Positions 27,552-38,960 of a DNA stretch of 64,000 bases are shown piece by piece. Under the pieces are notes generated by a model, which was not told the DNA's origin, did not search any database, and worked only from the letters and a program-made list of their open reading frames with translations. Source of the DNA: a virus (taxonomy: Duplodnaviria > Caudoviricetes); IMG/VR virus record IMGVR_UViG_3300024272_000051, positions 40,405-104,404 of that record. One strand, written 5' to 3'. Position numbers and translations under genes: made by a program. Every line of letters starts with the position of its first letter. Position 1 is the stretch's first letter.

Positions 27552-27743
27552 TTATTCTTTGGTACTATTTTTTTCTTCTTCAACCACCGGTTTTGTGAAC
27601 TGAATTTGATTGATAATATTTCGAACTTCTTCGATTAGAGCGATGCTACCGCTGAGATTTGTAAGGTTGCTTTTTCCATGAACGCTGACTTGCTCTAATG
27701 CATTAAGAACAGCGGTTAACCTTCCTGTAATTTCGTTCTTCAT
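27552..27743 (-). CDS. Small hypothetical tail protein
   Basis: GGAGG RBS; abuts the tail-tip gene. Confidence 0.55.
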   Translation of the reverse strand: MKNEITGRLTAVLNALEQVSVHGKSNLTNLSGSIALIEEVRNIINQIQFTKPVVEEEKNSTKE

Positions 27744-30700
27744 TTATCCTCCAAGACTGTTATTTAAACTTCCAAAAATGCGGTATTGTTGTTCGTCAAA
27801 ATTAAACAGTATTCCGCAGGTTTGATTTTCGTTTCCGATCCAGAGCCAGCTGTCACTACTTTCATATTTTTTCATGATATAAGCTCGATTACTGTTTCCC
27901 AATTTTAATGCAACGTATTCGCGTTGGCGAGAACCCTCATAACTATATTCGCTACCATAATCCATTACCAGTTTTTCGTATCCATCTTCCCAAAATGACA
28001 TGTACTGGCCACTGTATTCTGCATATGTCAGAGGATCTCCATCATCGTCCAGAGTCGCGACGAATTTTGGACTGTAAATACAGTCTCCATTTATAAAGGT
28101 TCCACCCTCATATTCTCCGTTTGCAAGTGCGTCTACGCTCTCAACAGCTGCGTCAGCGGCGTCTTCAGCGCCGTCCGCCTTATCCCATGCTTCGTCAGCT
28201 AAATCATATGCAGCACTTCCGCTTTCGTCAACATTATCCCAATCGATAGCAATACTGCCTCTCATATAGACGTTACCATATTTGTCGACTTGGAAATTTG
28301 GTGAAGAAGATGTTCCGCCGATCTTTATTTGACCACTCTCAATGCTTGCTCCATTAATTTTTGTCGTACTGTTGCCCTCTAAATTGCTAATGGTGACATA
28401 TCCGCTCAAATCAATGTTCGTTGCACTCATATTAATTTTACTTGTGCCATCATTTATAGAAGCAACAATGGATGCAGCAGTAACTTTGCCGTCTGATCCA
28501 GTCACGCCTTGCACGATAGCTTTAATTTCATTCGATGTTTGGGTGAGAGTAGACGATGTGACATAATTACCTTCTATGGTTTCGACTCTGCTCTCAATTC
28601 CACTTGCTGTTTGGGTGAGCTCGGAAGATGTAATATAGTCATCTTCCACGGCTTTTAATCTTGTGCTTAATTCTTGCGCACTTGCGCTAATTGCCGCTGT
28701 GTACTCTTCTTTTATTTTGTTTGCAGAGTTCGTAATTGCTTGGGTATATTGAGCAGTAAGCCCCTTTTCAGAAGAGTCGATTGCCGCCGTATATTCCTCG
28801 GTTATTCCGTTGGACAACTCGACAGTATCGAGATATTCAAGTAAGAACTGGCCACTTGAGTTGGTCATTGGCTTGCCTGAACTTGTCTGAAATTGTGCGC
28901 CTTTTACTGTTCCTGAGAAAGTTCCAGAGCTTGCTTGTATTTCTCCTGTAAATTTGCCGCTCGTTGCGTAAACAGTGCCTCTAAAATATGCATTACCAGA
29001 ATCTATATCTAGGTAGAAATTGGAATTCTTTGGCATACCATCTGCATCTTTGGTTATAGTCCCGTTTGAATAAAAAGACGGCACAACGTTTGTACCATTC
29101 AGATTATATAGGTTTTTGTTTCCTGCAACAATACCGTACTTCGGGTCAATGATTATTTCTCCGCCATTGGTTTTTGTGGACTGTAAAACAAATGTAGAGT
29201 CTCTTAACCATGCACCAGAAGAATCAACCCTAAACTGCATAACACCATCGTCGTTCATATTTTCAACAATAAGGTTATTGCCAATAAGCAGTTTGCCGCC
29301 GATAACATCGGCATTTACGCCGAAGTATTCGCCGACTTCATCAGACACAAATTTACCGATAGCTAGTTTTGCGCTGTTCCACCCATTATCACTCATGGCA
29401 ATCATGCCATTTGTAAGGCGTAATTCACAATCCTTTAGTTTGTCAGCCATACTATTGCCAGCCAGTTCACGAATCGCTTCTTCGTCAACACCAATGCTGA
29501 TACCAGAACCATCGATACGAACTTGCTGGTTAGATGCTCCAAGAATTGCATTCTTTGCAGCATCTAAAGAACCGTTCATAAACTCTGTGATAGCTGATAC
29601 CTCGCCGAGAGATTGGTTGTAAAGATATTTGCTTGCATCAAAGCTACGACCAGACGAATAACCCTTTTCGAGCATGTCTTTCAATGAGTTAACATTATCA
29701 TGACGCTTAAAACGATTGGAAAATACAAGAGAGAAACTGTCCTGCTTCTCAAATTCGAACTCCATTTCAATAAGCAGGGGAGTGATCGTTTGTTCATCGC
29801 TGAGCTTTAGGTAAATACCTCGGCCAAGCTCTAACTTATTACGGAACGGCTCAAACTCTTTTGAGAATAAGAAGTTGCCGGAGCTAACACTAAACTCATA
29901 GGTGTATACAGATAAATCATTTAGTACACCTTGCGCATATTCCAACAATTCAGACTGTACGGAATATTTTTGAAACTCACTTGCATTTGTAGTGATGTAC
30001 ATTGTGGTGGTATGGCTAATTGTGACAGACCAAGAATTGGCACGAGGGTCGGAGGTTGTGCCTTTACCGGCAAATGTGATCAATCCGCTGGATACCCTTG
30101 CGTCGCCGAGCTGAATATTAGAAGCATATATACTTAACACAAATTCATTGGAACCAGTCTTTCTATCAAGTACTCCCTTAACGACATCACAAGATAATTC
30201 AACCTTGTCGCAATTATAAATTCTAAAAGTGCACCCAGAGATTGTAAACATTTCTCTGTCTACGTCATCGGGCAAGTCAACCAATTCAATTTTGCCTGCC
30301 TCAACATCGTCTTCTGCCCCCTTTTTGTAAAAGTAAAGCATAGTCCCCTTAGCAGACGGTTCGATATACGCCGTCTGACCGGACGTAACCGTGTTAAGAT
30401 CAGTTGCAACAAAGGTGCTCTCAGTAACATCTTGTTCTACAAAATACTCTCTAAGAATATTTAGCTCATCTTCGGAAAAATAAGTTTCGATATTCAAAGA
30501 CTCTGCGATAGAATTTGTTTTTACAGCATAAGAATTTACAGTACCCTCAGCCTCCGCTATCTCGACCTCTTTTGCCTCAACAAGCGCTGTTTGCGCAGAA
30601 ATCTTGTCGTTAACGGTAGCGAGATTTGTTTGCTGAGTTTCTTTTCCTTTTTCTGTAGTCTCCATTGCAATGGCTTGAATAATAACACTCTGTTGATTAG

Positions 30701-31658
30701 TAAGGTTAGTTAACTCTCCCTTTAAATCTGTTAACTCTGCTTTTAGTGTTAAAAGGCGAGAAGTAGCAGATGCTCTAAGAGCGCAGTAGCCAGAATAGGC
30801 AGACCTTTGACTGTCAACTGCTTTTTGCCATTTGCTCCATTTTGCCGCAATACTTTCTGGAATATCTCCATTAGAAATGAAGTGATCTATGTTATAAATC
30901 CAGTTTGAACCTGTTGGATTGACCGATCTGATATCAAGTTCATCCGCACCATATGGACGCAATGCAGTTACCAGCTCATCGCTAAGTTCTTCTACTTCGA
31001 TTTCTTCCAACAGATTATCGAAATCAAGATAAATTGGGAGGGCGGTTCGTTCCTCGTCTGCGTCATAGACATTGATGGTTTTTTCATATGGATCGAACAC
31101 AAACACGCACCGATACTTCTCAGGAGCTGTATTATAAATAAATGACAACAGATAATCGTCGTACTGATCGAATGTTCGATATCTATTCCAGAGGGTGGCG
31201 GAGACGTAGCCGATTTTCCAACCCTTTGCGATCTCCAAAATACGAGACAAAACTGTGTCTGCCCCAGACATCGGCGAATAGAAATTAAAGGTTCCTTCTT
31301 CTAAGAAAAAGCGTTTGTCCTCAAGCCGTTTTTCGATAGAATATCCCTTGACGGATTTGATGTCAGAAATTCCATCGGAAGACTTAGAAGGTTTCATTGT
31401 GACATAGACACCATAATTCTTAGTATAGATAAGTTTGCGCCCTTCAACTTTGTGATACAAAGGATTGGGCTTGCCTTTAACCACCGAGGGGATATCAAAG
31501 GAAATTTCACTTGGCTCGGATAATTTAATGTTAAATTTCAGATTGTTGACCCCAGACAGAAGGCCAATGGAACGCTCATTTAGAGTTTGAAGCATCAATT
31601 CTGGGACTTCTGGTCTGCCATACGCATCAAACTCCAATTTAGAATAATCAAGATACAT
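27744..31658 (-). CDS. Tail-tip/baseplate hub (Tal-like) protein
   Basis: 1304 aa after Dit; SEISFDIP, VTALRPYG, coiled coil, GNAYFRGTVYATSGKFTG. Confidence 0.75.
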   Translation of the reverse strand: MYLDYSKLEFDAYGRPEVPELMLQTLNERSIGLLSGVNNLKFNIKLSEPSEISFDIPSVVKGKPNPLYHKVEGRKLIYTKNYGVYVTMKPSKSSDGISDIKSVKGYSIEKRLEDKRFFLEEGTFNFYSPMSGADTVLSRILEIAKGWKIGYVSATLWNRYRTFDQYDDYLLSFIYNTAPEKYRCVFVFDPYEKTINVYDADEERTALPIYLDFDNLLEEIEVEELSDELVTALRPYGADELDIRSVNPTGSNWIYNIDHFISNGDIPESIAAKWSKWQKAVDSQRSAYSGYCALRASATSRLLTLKAELTDLKGELTNLTNQQSVIIQAIAMETTEKGKETQQTNLATVNDKISAQTALVEAKEVEIAEAEGTVNSYAVKTNSIAESLNIETYFSEDELNILREYFVEQDVTESTFVATDLNTVTSGQTAYIEPSAKGTMLYFYKKGAEDDVEAGKIELVDLPDDVDREMFTISGCTFRIYNCDKVELSCDVVKGVLDRKTGSNEFVLSIYASNIQLGDARVSSGLITFAGKGTTSDPRANSWSVTISHTTTMYITTNASEFQKYSVQSELLEYAQGVLNDLSVYTYEFSVSSGNFLFSKEFEPFRNKLELGRGIYLKLSDEQTITPLLIEMEFEFEKQDSFSLVFSNRFKRHDNVNSLKDMLEKGYSSGRSFDASKYLYNQSLGEVSAITEFMNGSLDAAKNAILGASNQQVRIDGSGISIGVDEEAIRELAGNSMADKLKDCELRLTNGMIAMSDNGWNSAKLAIGKFVSDEVGEYFGVNADVIGGKLLIGNNLIVENMNDDGVMQFRVDSSGAWLRDSTFVLQSTKTNGGEIIIDPKYGIVAGNKNLYNLNGTNVVPSFYSNGTITKDADGMPKNSNFYLDIDSGNAYFRGTVYATSGKFTGEIQASSGTFSGTVKGAQFQTSSGKPMTNSSGQFLLEYLDTVELSNGITEEYTAAIDSSEKGLTAQYTQAITNSANKIKEEYTAAISASAQELSTRLKAVEDDYITSSELTQTASGIESRVETIEGNYVTSSTLTQTSNEIKAIVQGVTGSDGKVTAASIVASINDGTSKINMSATNIDLSGYVTISNLEGNSTTKINGASIESGQIKIGGTSSSPNFQVDKYGNVYMRGSIAIDWDNVDESGSAAYDLADEAWDKADGAEDAADAAVESVDALANGEYEGGTFINGDCIYSPKFVATLDDDGDPLTYAEYSGQYMSFWEDGYEKLVMDYGSEYSYEGSRQREYVALKLGNSNRAYIMKKYESSDSWLWIGNENQTCGILFNFDEQQYRIFGSLNNSLGG

Positions 31659-31669
31659 TCCACACCTCC

Positions 31670-32449
31670 TTATCCTGCAACATTATGTAGGAAGCGACCT
31701 GAAATTGTAACAGAGCTCGCTCCAGATATTGTAAGCCGATTGTCACCCGGTACAAGCCGGAACAAATTCATGTTAAATCCATCATACAGATTGTATGCAT
31801 CGTTTTCGTCTCGGATAATGCCGTTGAGATTATCTACATAAATTGTTGTTGCTGCAGATGGTAGTCCCGTCAGTTCAAATACACGACCTCCGTCGCTCAT
31901 ATTTACAATTCTCAAAGTTGTTGATCCGACTGGTGAAACCAGAGTTAAGTCTGGTCTTAAATACTCTCTTACACTGCTTTCATTGCGGAATACCACGGAA
32001 GTTCCCGAAACTGTCTTACTAAATGGATGCCCATAAGCATATGAACAGTCACAAACAACCTCGGCCTCAAATGCAACGGGTAGCCACCCGTGAGAAAGCG
32101 GTGTCAGGGAAGTGATCAGACATTTGAACTGTACATGTTCCATATCGGGCTGATCGATGGAAAGCCATTGATAATCATTGTAACCCGTAAGCCACATAGA
32201 TATTTCTTCCAATGTATATCGGTCCATTGCTTCCTCTGCACCAAACACAAGTTTAAATTTTAGAGGGTCTTTATGATAGTTCACACCGTAATGGATTGGC
32301 TGAATTCTGTTGTTAACTCGGGTTTCGGATACAGTTGCTTTATTTCCAAAGCTAACGTCATCCTGACCTCGTCCGTTAAAATCATAAAGCTTCAAGCCGT
32401 ACATAACGGATGATTCCCCCGCAAAAGTGAATTCATAACTATTGAACAC
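31670..32449 (-). CDS. Distal tail protein (Dit-like)
   Basis: FTFAGESS, LVPGDNRLTISG; directly follows the TMP; AGGAGGTG RBS. Confidence 0.75.
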   Translation of the reverse strand: MFNSYEFTFAGESSVMYGLKLYDFNGRGQDDVSFGNKATVSETRVNNRIQPIHYGVNYHKDPLKFKLVFGAEEAMDRYTLEEISMWLTGYNDYQWLSIDQPDMEHVQFKCLITSLTPLSHGWLPVAFEAEVVCDCSYAYGHPFSKTVSGTSVVFRNESSVREYLRPDLTLVSPVGSTTLRIVNMSDGGRVFELTGLPSAATTIYVDNLNGIIRDENDAYNLYDGFNMNLFRLVPGDNRLTISGASSVTISGRFLHNVAG

Positions 32450-32505
32450 TGTGCTGAACACCTCCTTTTTAAAGTGATAGAGAGGGGTGTAAACCCCTCT
32501 CAAAA

Positions 32506-35500
32506 TTAACGCTTAATATTCAAATACTCAAAGATCTTGTTTACTTGAGACCGAGCAATATCCTGATGTTGTTTTATGGTGTCCTCCGGCATACCGCTAA
32601 TATAAGTGTCACCAATTGAAATTTGAACTGCTCTTGAATTAGCTGCTGAAAGTATTCTCTGATTGTTGTTAGACATAATGTCTGCTACACGATTTCCAAT
32701 GGTTAGACCAGATGAGTCAAGCAACTTACCGGCAAAGTTGGCGAATTTAGCCATCAAAGACATATGTCTCGTGAGATTATCAACCATATTCTCACTAAGA
32801 ACCCACTCTCTCTCTTTTAATAGAGCAAATTGCTCGTTTGATTTTATGTCTCCACCGCCAACAATGCCACCAGTGTGATATACTTTGTATAGTTGCTCTC
32901 CACCCTCGTGGTCGATATACCATACACCATCACTGCCTCGCACAGCAGTAATACCATACTTCGCCAATTCGACAGTGCCAAGACGATATGTTTCCGCCGA
33001 TAATTCTGCTTGCCGCTCTTTTGATGCTGAGTGCCATGTCTGAGAATTGGTTTTCATTCTGCCAACGATTGAGCGGATGTGATCTTCGTCAGAAGCTTCG
33101 TGGTCATAACTTGGGGTTTCTCCAAGGTCAAAGTTATCGTATTTGGAACCACCGGAAGAACTATTGATTTTTTCGTCAATATCGTCGATGTCGTCCTGAA
33201 TATTTTGTAAAGCTTCTAAATAGCTGCCATATTCCTTAGCGGCATCAAGTGCGCTATCCCATGCAGAAACCAGTTCGTCAGTCAGTACAGAACCATACTC
33301 ATAGTTCCAATTAATTAACGTATCTTTTAGATCTTCCCAATTGGATTCTATGTATTCGATAGCCATATCGTAAAGCTTTTGTTGCGAAGAAATTGATGCT
33401 TCCAATTCTTTAATTTCATCATCTTTAGCATCTTCGTATGCTTCCTGCATCTTGTCGAGCGATTCTTTTTGAGCTTCGATAGCATGATCACCTTGGAGTT
33501 CTGCAAGTTCTTCTTGTAAATCTGCCATCTCTTCCTGCAGGGCGATCCTTTGCGCCTGTGCATCACGACTGTCGTCAAGAGACAGGATGTTGATACGCTC
33601 TTGAAGCTTGGCAAGCTCTTTAACCTTATCTGCAACTTCTTCCTGATAATCAGACTCTTCTTTCGTTGCATCTAACGCTTCTTTTTTAAGTTCGATTATT
33701 TCTGCATAATCTTCTTTCTGCTGCTCTAATGCTTCAATTTGCTGCTCAACTTCATGTTCGAGCATTTCCATGGTGTACTCAAGAATATCATTAACACCGG
33801 ACTGCATCTTTTCCAACTCTTCTCGTGTTTCTTTTAATGCGTCAGTAGTGTTGTCCGCAGTTTCGAAGATGCTTCGTTGTGCAGACTCGGACATTGCACG
33901 AAGAGAATCAATAACGTGGAGTGCGGCCCGATTTTGATCCTCGTCAAGACCTTCAAGTGCAAGGGTAGCATAGACCAATCCCCATTGTGCGCTTGTAACA
34001 TCTTGTGTGGCATGTAGCAAACGATTGAGCTCAGTAACATTATTCTCTGCGTTTGCCGCATGGATTGCCTCAACATATGCAAGGGCTGTTTCAACCGCCA
34101 TTTGCTCTGTGCGGGCAGCTATGACATTTTTAATATTCTCTTCGTTAATGGTAAGTTGTCCATTCTCGTCTTGAAGTAATGATAAGTATTCAACACCGTG
34201 AGAGATGATTTCCTGCAGGGTATCAACGGCAATATATCCAGAAGAAGCATACTCATCAGCTGCTTTGTGTAGTGTATCATACACAGACTGCATTGAGTCA
34301 ATTGCTTCGCCAAAGGCATCAACAATTGCAGAGGTCATGCGATCAACCGCATCTTTAACGTCCTTTGTGGCATCTAAGTAATCGTTCGTAAGATCTTGAA
34401 CCTGAGATTGCTGTTCAATAGCACCTTCGCTCATACCTTGTCCGCGATAATACTCTTTTACAGACTCAAGAGCGCTTGCTGCCTCACGCTGAATTTGCTG
34501 ATAGTAAGCAACCTGTTGCATAAGAGATTTTCGCATTACTTCGGAGTCTAAGTTCTTCTTGCCATTTTCAAAGAACTCTTCTTCCTTTTGAATGCTTATC
34601 TCGATTGAGGAAGATAATGCATCAAATGCGTCTTTTATATTGTCTGCAGGCGTCTTAGAAGAACCGCCGCCACCGCTACTTGATGATGATGATGATGTTA
34701 TCTTAAACTCTTGTAAGCCGTCATAGAATGACAATTCTTCCTGTAGTTTGGATCTTTGATCCATCAATCCAGAAAACGCGTCCTCATCAAAGTCAAGTCC
34801 GGCGGCTCTATCTGATAACATACTGTTGATATTGCTATTAACTTTGTTTATGCTCTGTGTCACTTTATCAATAGAAATATCCAGATTAATGCCACCCAGC
34901 CCCAATATTGCTGCTTTTGCAGCTTCTGCAGAATTGCCAATAGCATACATTCCGGTCTCTACGTTATACAGCTGTGCCACAAGGGTTGGGCAATGCATTG
35001 CAAGCTGTGCCATAGCGCTTTGAGCTTGATAGCTATCTCCACCATACTTTTCTACTGCGCTTACAACATCACTCATAGCATCAGCAATACGAGAAGCCTT
35101 TAGGGCGCGGCCTGCTTTTGTAATTGATTTTATTAATGCTTCTTGTGCCTCTAATGGATCAACACCGTTCTCCAGCGCTTCTTGGTAAGCGATGAACTCA
35201 GTACGAAGTTCAGGCATCAGCTCCAACAAATAGTCAAAGTCTTCTTCTGTTAATCTTGAAATAGCATCATACGCACTGTCAGCAGGATTGCTTAATTTTT
35301 CTAAGACAGCGTCTAATTTTTCTATGTCCGTTTTTGTTTTAGACACGGCCTGATCTAAAGCTGAAATCTGCTCTTGGGTAGAGCCAGACTCATAAAATCT
35401 TGAAAACTGCGCTTGACCTTTAAGTACACCATCAATCGCATCGGCCACGTCTTGTGATGTTCCAACAAAGGTGCCGCTTTCAATGGCTGCAGCTGATACA

Positions 35501-38500
35501 CTTCTGCGAAACGCATCAAATTCTTCCGCTGTTTCTGGTATTCCGGAAGATATTGTCTCATTCAGAACATACTGCGATGCAAGATTTGCATTTAGCTCAT
35601 CTCTTGAAGTTATAATACTTTCGGCATAATCTTTTATACCCAGATATCCTTCATACATCTCTTGGTATAAGATATTTTCTGTTCCGACCTCGTCGGCAAG
35701 AATCTTTAGAGATCGCTGATAGGTTTCATATTGATGAATGGCATTAGCAGCATTTCTACCATATGCTTCTATCATCTCTGTAGGTGGTTCACTAAAAAAC
35801 GGCGTAATACCCTCTAGTACCGTTGTCTCGCCAGGAGTTTCATTTTCCAAAATCCACCAGCCAGTTGTGGAGGCTCCTTCGGTACGAACGGCCCAATCCT
35901 CATAAGATAATTTGTACTTATTTGGTAGTGCATCATTCAATACTTGTAGAGCATTTAACAACTCAGTCTCTTTGTCCGAACCTTTTGTGACCGCAAAGCC
36001 TGAAGTTGCTTCGTTGTAGCTGCCTACATGATATGCTGGCTGTGTATCGTTGAAAAAATTTACGGCTTCATTATAGCCACCACGAAGGTCTATCTCGTCA
36101 TTTGCAAGTTTGGATACCGACACACTTGCAACTGCTTTATCATAACTACCATATTTATCAATCAGTTTTTGTAGCTCATCTTGTTCAATTTTTAATCCAT
36201 CAATCAAATCTTCTCTAGCCTGTATACATTCGTCTAAAGTTCCAGTAAGGTCGTTTAGTTTATTACTTGCATCAAGATAGCCAAATGCCAAGTCAGATAT
36301 AGTTTTTGAGCTATCTGCTGCAGAATCGGCAAGACTCTTGATTTTCTGAGAAGCTTCGTCTGTTTCTTCGGCCAAGCCCTCAACGGATTCTTCGCTTCCA
36401 GAAATCCAGTTAATAAATGTTGGAATTAAACTGATTAAAAGTATAATCCATCCCACTGGATTAGATGCTAGTAACGACTTGATACTTAGGTTTAATGCAT
36501 CAGTTGCAGTTTTTGCGCCCATGGTCGCAGAAGTATAACCAAGCTTAGCGACTATATTTCTATAGTCTTCTTTGGTCAATGTCCCCTCGGAAAGTGCCAA
36601 AGTCAAATTTGTCAGAACTGCCTTTTGCTTTTCTGTATTAAGCGCCTGATATGAAATAACCATAGCGTCATTAACACCTTTTTCAGCCATAATTCTCTGT
36701 GTCAAAGATGCTACAGCAGCGTTCTCTGCAGATGTTACTAACGCAGCAGCTTTTGCTTTTTGATATGATTTAAATGCAACAACAGCAGCAATAATTGTGG
36801 GTAGGAATAAATCAATCTTTGCCATTGCTGATGCAGCACTCATCAATGCCGTGCCGAAATCCACAACAATTTTAACAGTTTCGGCTTCAATGAAGTTCAG
36901 TGAAAAGTCTTGGAATGTTGCTTTGAACTGATTTATTTTGCCTTGAATACTATCAAGCTGTTTTTCATTTTCCTTCATAGCAGAACCGGAAGCACCTGCT
37001 GCGGCGATTAGAACCTCTTCGACAGTTTCATAGTTTGAAATAAGTGCATTAATAACATTGGCATTTCTAACGCCGCCACCAATCAACTCAGTGATGTTTG
37101 TTCGAGATGTGTCTGTTAATGAGTCCCAAACTTTTGCTAATTCCCCTATAATTTCTACAGTGCTCTTAAAAGTGTTGTCATCAACCATGATGTCAACTCT
37201 ATTTCCTGTCAGATCAAGAATTTCTTGTCTCAATTCAGACACGCTGTTGGCCATGCCATCTGTTGCAATGCCAGCTTCCTCAGCCTCTGTTTTTGAGGCG
37301 CGAATATACATGGACATTGTTTTCAGTGCGGTGCCGACTTTTTCAGGGTTCTGAATAACTTCGTTTGCTGCCGCAATCAAAGCAATACTTTCGTCAAGAG
37401 TATTACCAGCGGCATGCAATGACGCTGCAGAATTTAAAAGAGCATCGCCGATGCCGGCAGAGCTGATCGCAAAATTGTTGCCAATGTGGTTAAATTTATC
37501 CACAATTGTCATTACATTGCTTGCTTCAATCCCAAATGCCTGCATCGTAGAAATAATACTTTCAGATGCTTGTGAAATATCTTCTATACCATCGCCGATA
37601 TTTTTATAAACAATAGCTGCATCTGCAAGAACAGCTGCATCTTCAATCCCGTGGCCCAATCTTGCAAAGTCAGCAGTTGCACTGACGGTATCAGAAATTG
37701 TTGCACCAAGCTTCTTAGCTCTATCCCCAGCATTGTCGAGAAACTTTTCATAAGCAGCATCTGTCTCATTTGTAACTTTGCGCAACTCGGTCATAGCAGT
37801 GTCTACATCTATTACAGCAGTAACCATTCGCCTTAAGGCGCGATACAACATCATTATAACTTGGGAAACAGTAAGCCAAGATGCGAATTTAGATGCTAGT
37901 CCACCAAACCTATCGGCAAACGATTTTGTGTTTTCTGAGCACTGTCTAATTGCTGACGCCGTAGTTGTAAAATTACTGTTAATTGAAGATAGCCTTGCCT
38001 TAAAGTCATCTATCGACATTCCGCCTCTTTGCAGATCGGTTATAAGCTGATTTAAACTTTGATCATACGTTGCAAGTTTTGCGTATTCAGCACTTGATTG
38101 GCCATTCTTGGCCTTTGTCCAGTCTTCCTGTGCTTTACGGACACGAACAAGTAAGTCTGTCGCCTGTTTTATTGCGTTATTGTATTCTAAAGAGCCAATA
38201 GTTAGTTCTTTTGTTTCGGCTGTACTTCTGTCTTTTTGTGCCGCTTCTTTAGTGAGCTCGATTTGTTTCTGTTGGAGCGCAGCAATCTCTGCCTGAAGCG
38301 CAACCGCTTCTTGCTGAAGTGCTTCTACATATCCAATATCTTTATGTTTAGAAGAATTAACTGCCTCAATTTTTGTTTTAAGCTCTGTATATTTTGCAGT
38401 TATAGTATTTAGTTCAGCAATAAGTGCTTCATTTGTAACGCCGTTCTTTTTGCCGGGCATAGCACTTTGATACACCGTAGCCAAAGATCGCATTGTTTCT

Positions 38501-38907
38501 TTTAGAACACTTATTCTGGCATTAAATTGATCAGCTTTATTTGAGCCATCCGCAATTGCATCATTTACACTTGTGAGATCTGTTTTTAGTGATCCAACAC
38601 CAGATGGATCAACTAAGCCCGTAATTGTAACTCCGTTTGAAATGCTCAGGGAATTAATTATGCTTTGTAGATCTCTACGCAAACCTGCCATTGCGCCACT
38701 GCAGTCGATTTTGTTAATTCTGATCGGTGCCTTGTTAAGCATGATCTGCGCATCTTTTCTGACGCGATCCATATCTTTCTGCAGAACAGTAAACTTATTG
38801 CTGATTTTAATTTGTTTGATTAGGGTGTTGATTTGTTGGTTAAACTCCGCCTTGGCAGCAGAAGACCGATCAACAGTAAGTTTGACCTTTGCGCCAAAAC
38901 CTGCCAT
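32506..38907 (-). CDS. Tail tape measure protein
   Basis: About 2130 aa, Ala-rich; DTAMTELRKV, FARLG, VGTALKT core; long coiled coils; YHTGG. Confidence 0.95.
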   Translation of the reverse strand: MAGFGAKVKLTVDRSSAAKAEFNQQINTLIKQIKISNKFTVLQKDMDRVRKDAQIMLNKAPIRINKIDCSGAMAGLRRDLQSIINSLSISNGVTITGLVDPSGVGSLKTDLTSVNDAIADGSNKADQFNARISVLKETMRSLATVYQSAMPGKKNGVTNEALIAELNTITAKYTELKTKIEAVNSSKHKDIGYVEALQQEAVALQAEIAALQQKQIELTKEAAQKDRSTAETKELTIGSLEYNNAIKQATDLLVRVRKAQEDWTKAKNGQSSAEYAKLATYDQSLNQLITDLQRGGMSIDDFKARLSSINSNFTTTASAIRQCSENTKSFADRFGGLASKFASWLTVSQVIMMLYRALRRMVTAVIDVDTAMTELRKVTNETDAAYEKFLDNAGDRAKKLGATISDTVSATADFARLGHGIEDAAVLADAAIVYKNIGDGIEDISQASESIISTMQAFGIEASNVMTIVDKFNHIGNNFAISSAGIGDALLNSAASLHAAGNTLDESIALIAAANEVIQNPEKVGTALKTMSMYIRASKTEAEEAGIATDGMANSVSELRQEILDLTGNRVDIMVDDNTFKSTVEIIGELAKVWDSLTDTSRTNITELIGGGVRNANVINALISNYETVEEVLIAAAGASGSAMKENEKQLDSIQGKINQFKATFQDFSLNFIEAETVKIVVDFGTALMSAASAMAKIDLFLPTIIAAVVAFKSYQKAKAAALVTSAENAAVASLTQRIMAEKGVNDAMVISYQALNTEKQKAVLTNLTLALSEGTLTKEDYRNIVAKLGYTSATMGAKTATDALNLSIKSLLASNPVGWIILLISLIPTFINWISGSEESVEGLAEETDEASQKIKSLADSAADSSKTISDLAFGYLDASNKLNDLTGTLDECIQAREDLIDGLKIEQDELQKLIDKYGSYDKAVASVSVSKLANDEIDLRGGYNEAVNFFNDTQPAYHVGSYNEATSGFAVTKGSDKETELLNALQVLNDALPNKYKLSYEDWAVRTEGASTTGWWILENETPGETTVLEGITPFFSEPPTEMIEAYGRNAANAIHQYETYQRSLKILADEVGTENILYQEMYEGYLGIKDYAESIITSRDELNANLASQYVLNETISSGIPETAEEFDAFRRSVSAAAIESGTFVGTSQDVADAIDGVLKGQAQFSRFYESGSTQEQISALDQAVSKTKTDIEKLDAVLEKLSNPADSAYDAISRLTEEDFDYLLELMPELRTEFIAYQEALENGVDPLEAQEALIKSITKAGRALKASRIADAMSDVVSAVEKYGGDSYQAQSAMAQLAMHCPTLVAQLYNVETGMYAIGNSAEAAKAAILGLGGINLDISIDKVTQSINKVNSNINSMLSDRAAGLDFDEDAFSGLMDQRSKLQEELSFYDGLQEFKITSSSSSSSGGGGSSKTPADNIKDAFDALSSSIEISIQKEEEFFENGKKNLDSEVMRKSLMQQVAYYQQIQREAASALESVKEYYRGQGMSEGAIEQQSQVQDLTNDYLDATKDVKDAVDRMTSAIVDAFGEAIDSMQSVYDTLHKAADEYASSGYIAVDTLQEIISHGVEYLSLLQDENGQLTINEENIKNVIAARTEQMAVETALAYVEAIHAANAENNVTELNRLLHATQDVTSAQWGLVYATLALEGLDEDQNRAALHVIDSLRAMSESAQRSIFETADNTTDALKETREELEKMQSGVNDILEYTMEMLEHEVEQQIEALEQQKEDYAEIIELKKEALDATKEESDYQEEVADKVKELAKLQERINILSLDDSRDAQAQRIALQEEMADLQEELAELQGDHAIEAQKESLDKMQEAYEDAKDDEIKELEASISSQQKLYDMAIEYIESNWEDLKDTLINWNYEYGSVLTDELVSAWDSALDAAKEYGSYLEALQNIQDDIDDIDEKINSSSGGSKYDNFDLGETPSYDHEASDEDHIRSIVGRMKTNSQTWHSASKERQAELSAETYRLGTVELAKYGITAVRGSDGVWYIDHEGGEQLYKVYHTGGIVGGGDIKSNEQFALLKEREWVLSENMVDNLTRHMSLMAKFANFAGKLLDSSGLTIGNRVADIMSNNNQRILSAANSRAVQISIGDTYISGMPEDTIKQHQDIARSQVNKIFEYLNIKR

Positions 38908-38960
38908 TTTATCACCGTCCTTTAAAAAACGGGCAAGCAAAATTGCTTACCCGTACAAAA

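Noticed and set aside
34660-34700. Trinucleotide repeat in the tape measure gene
   Set aside because: Encodes an ordinary Ser/Gly linker (SSSSSSSGGGGSS).
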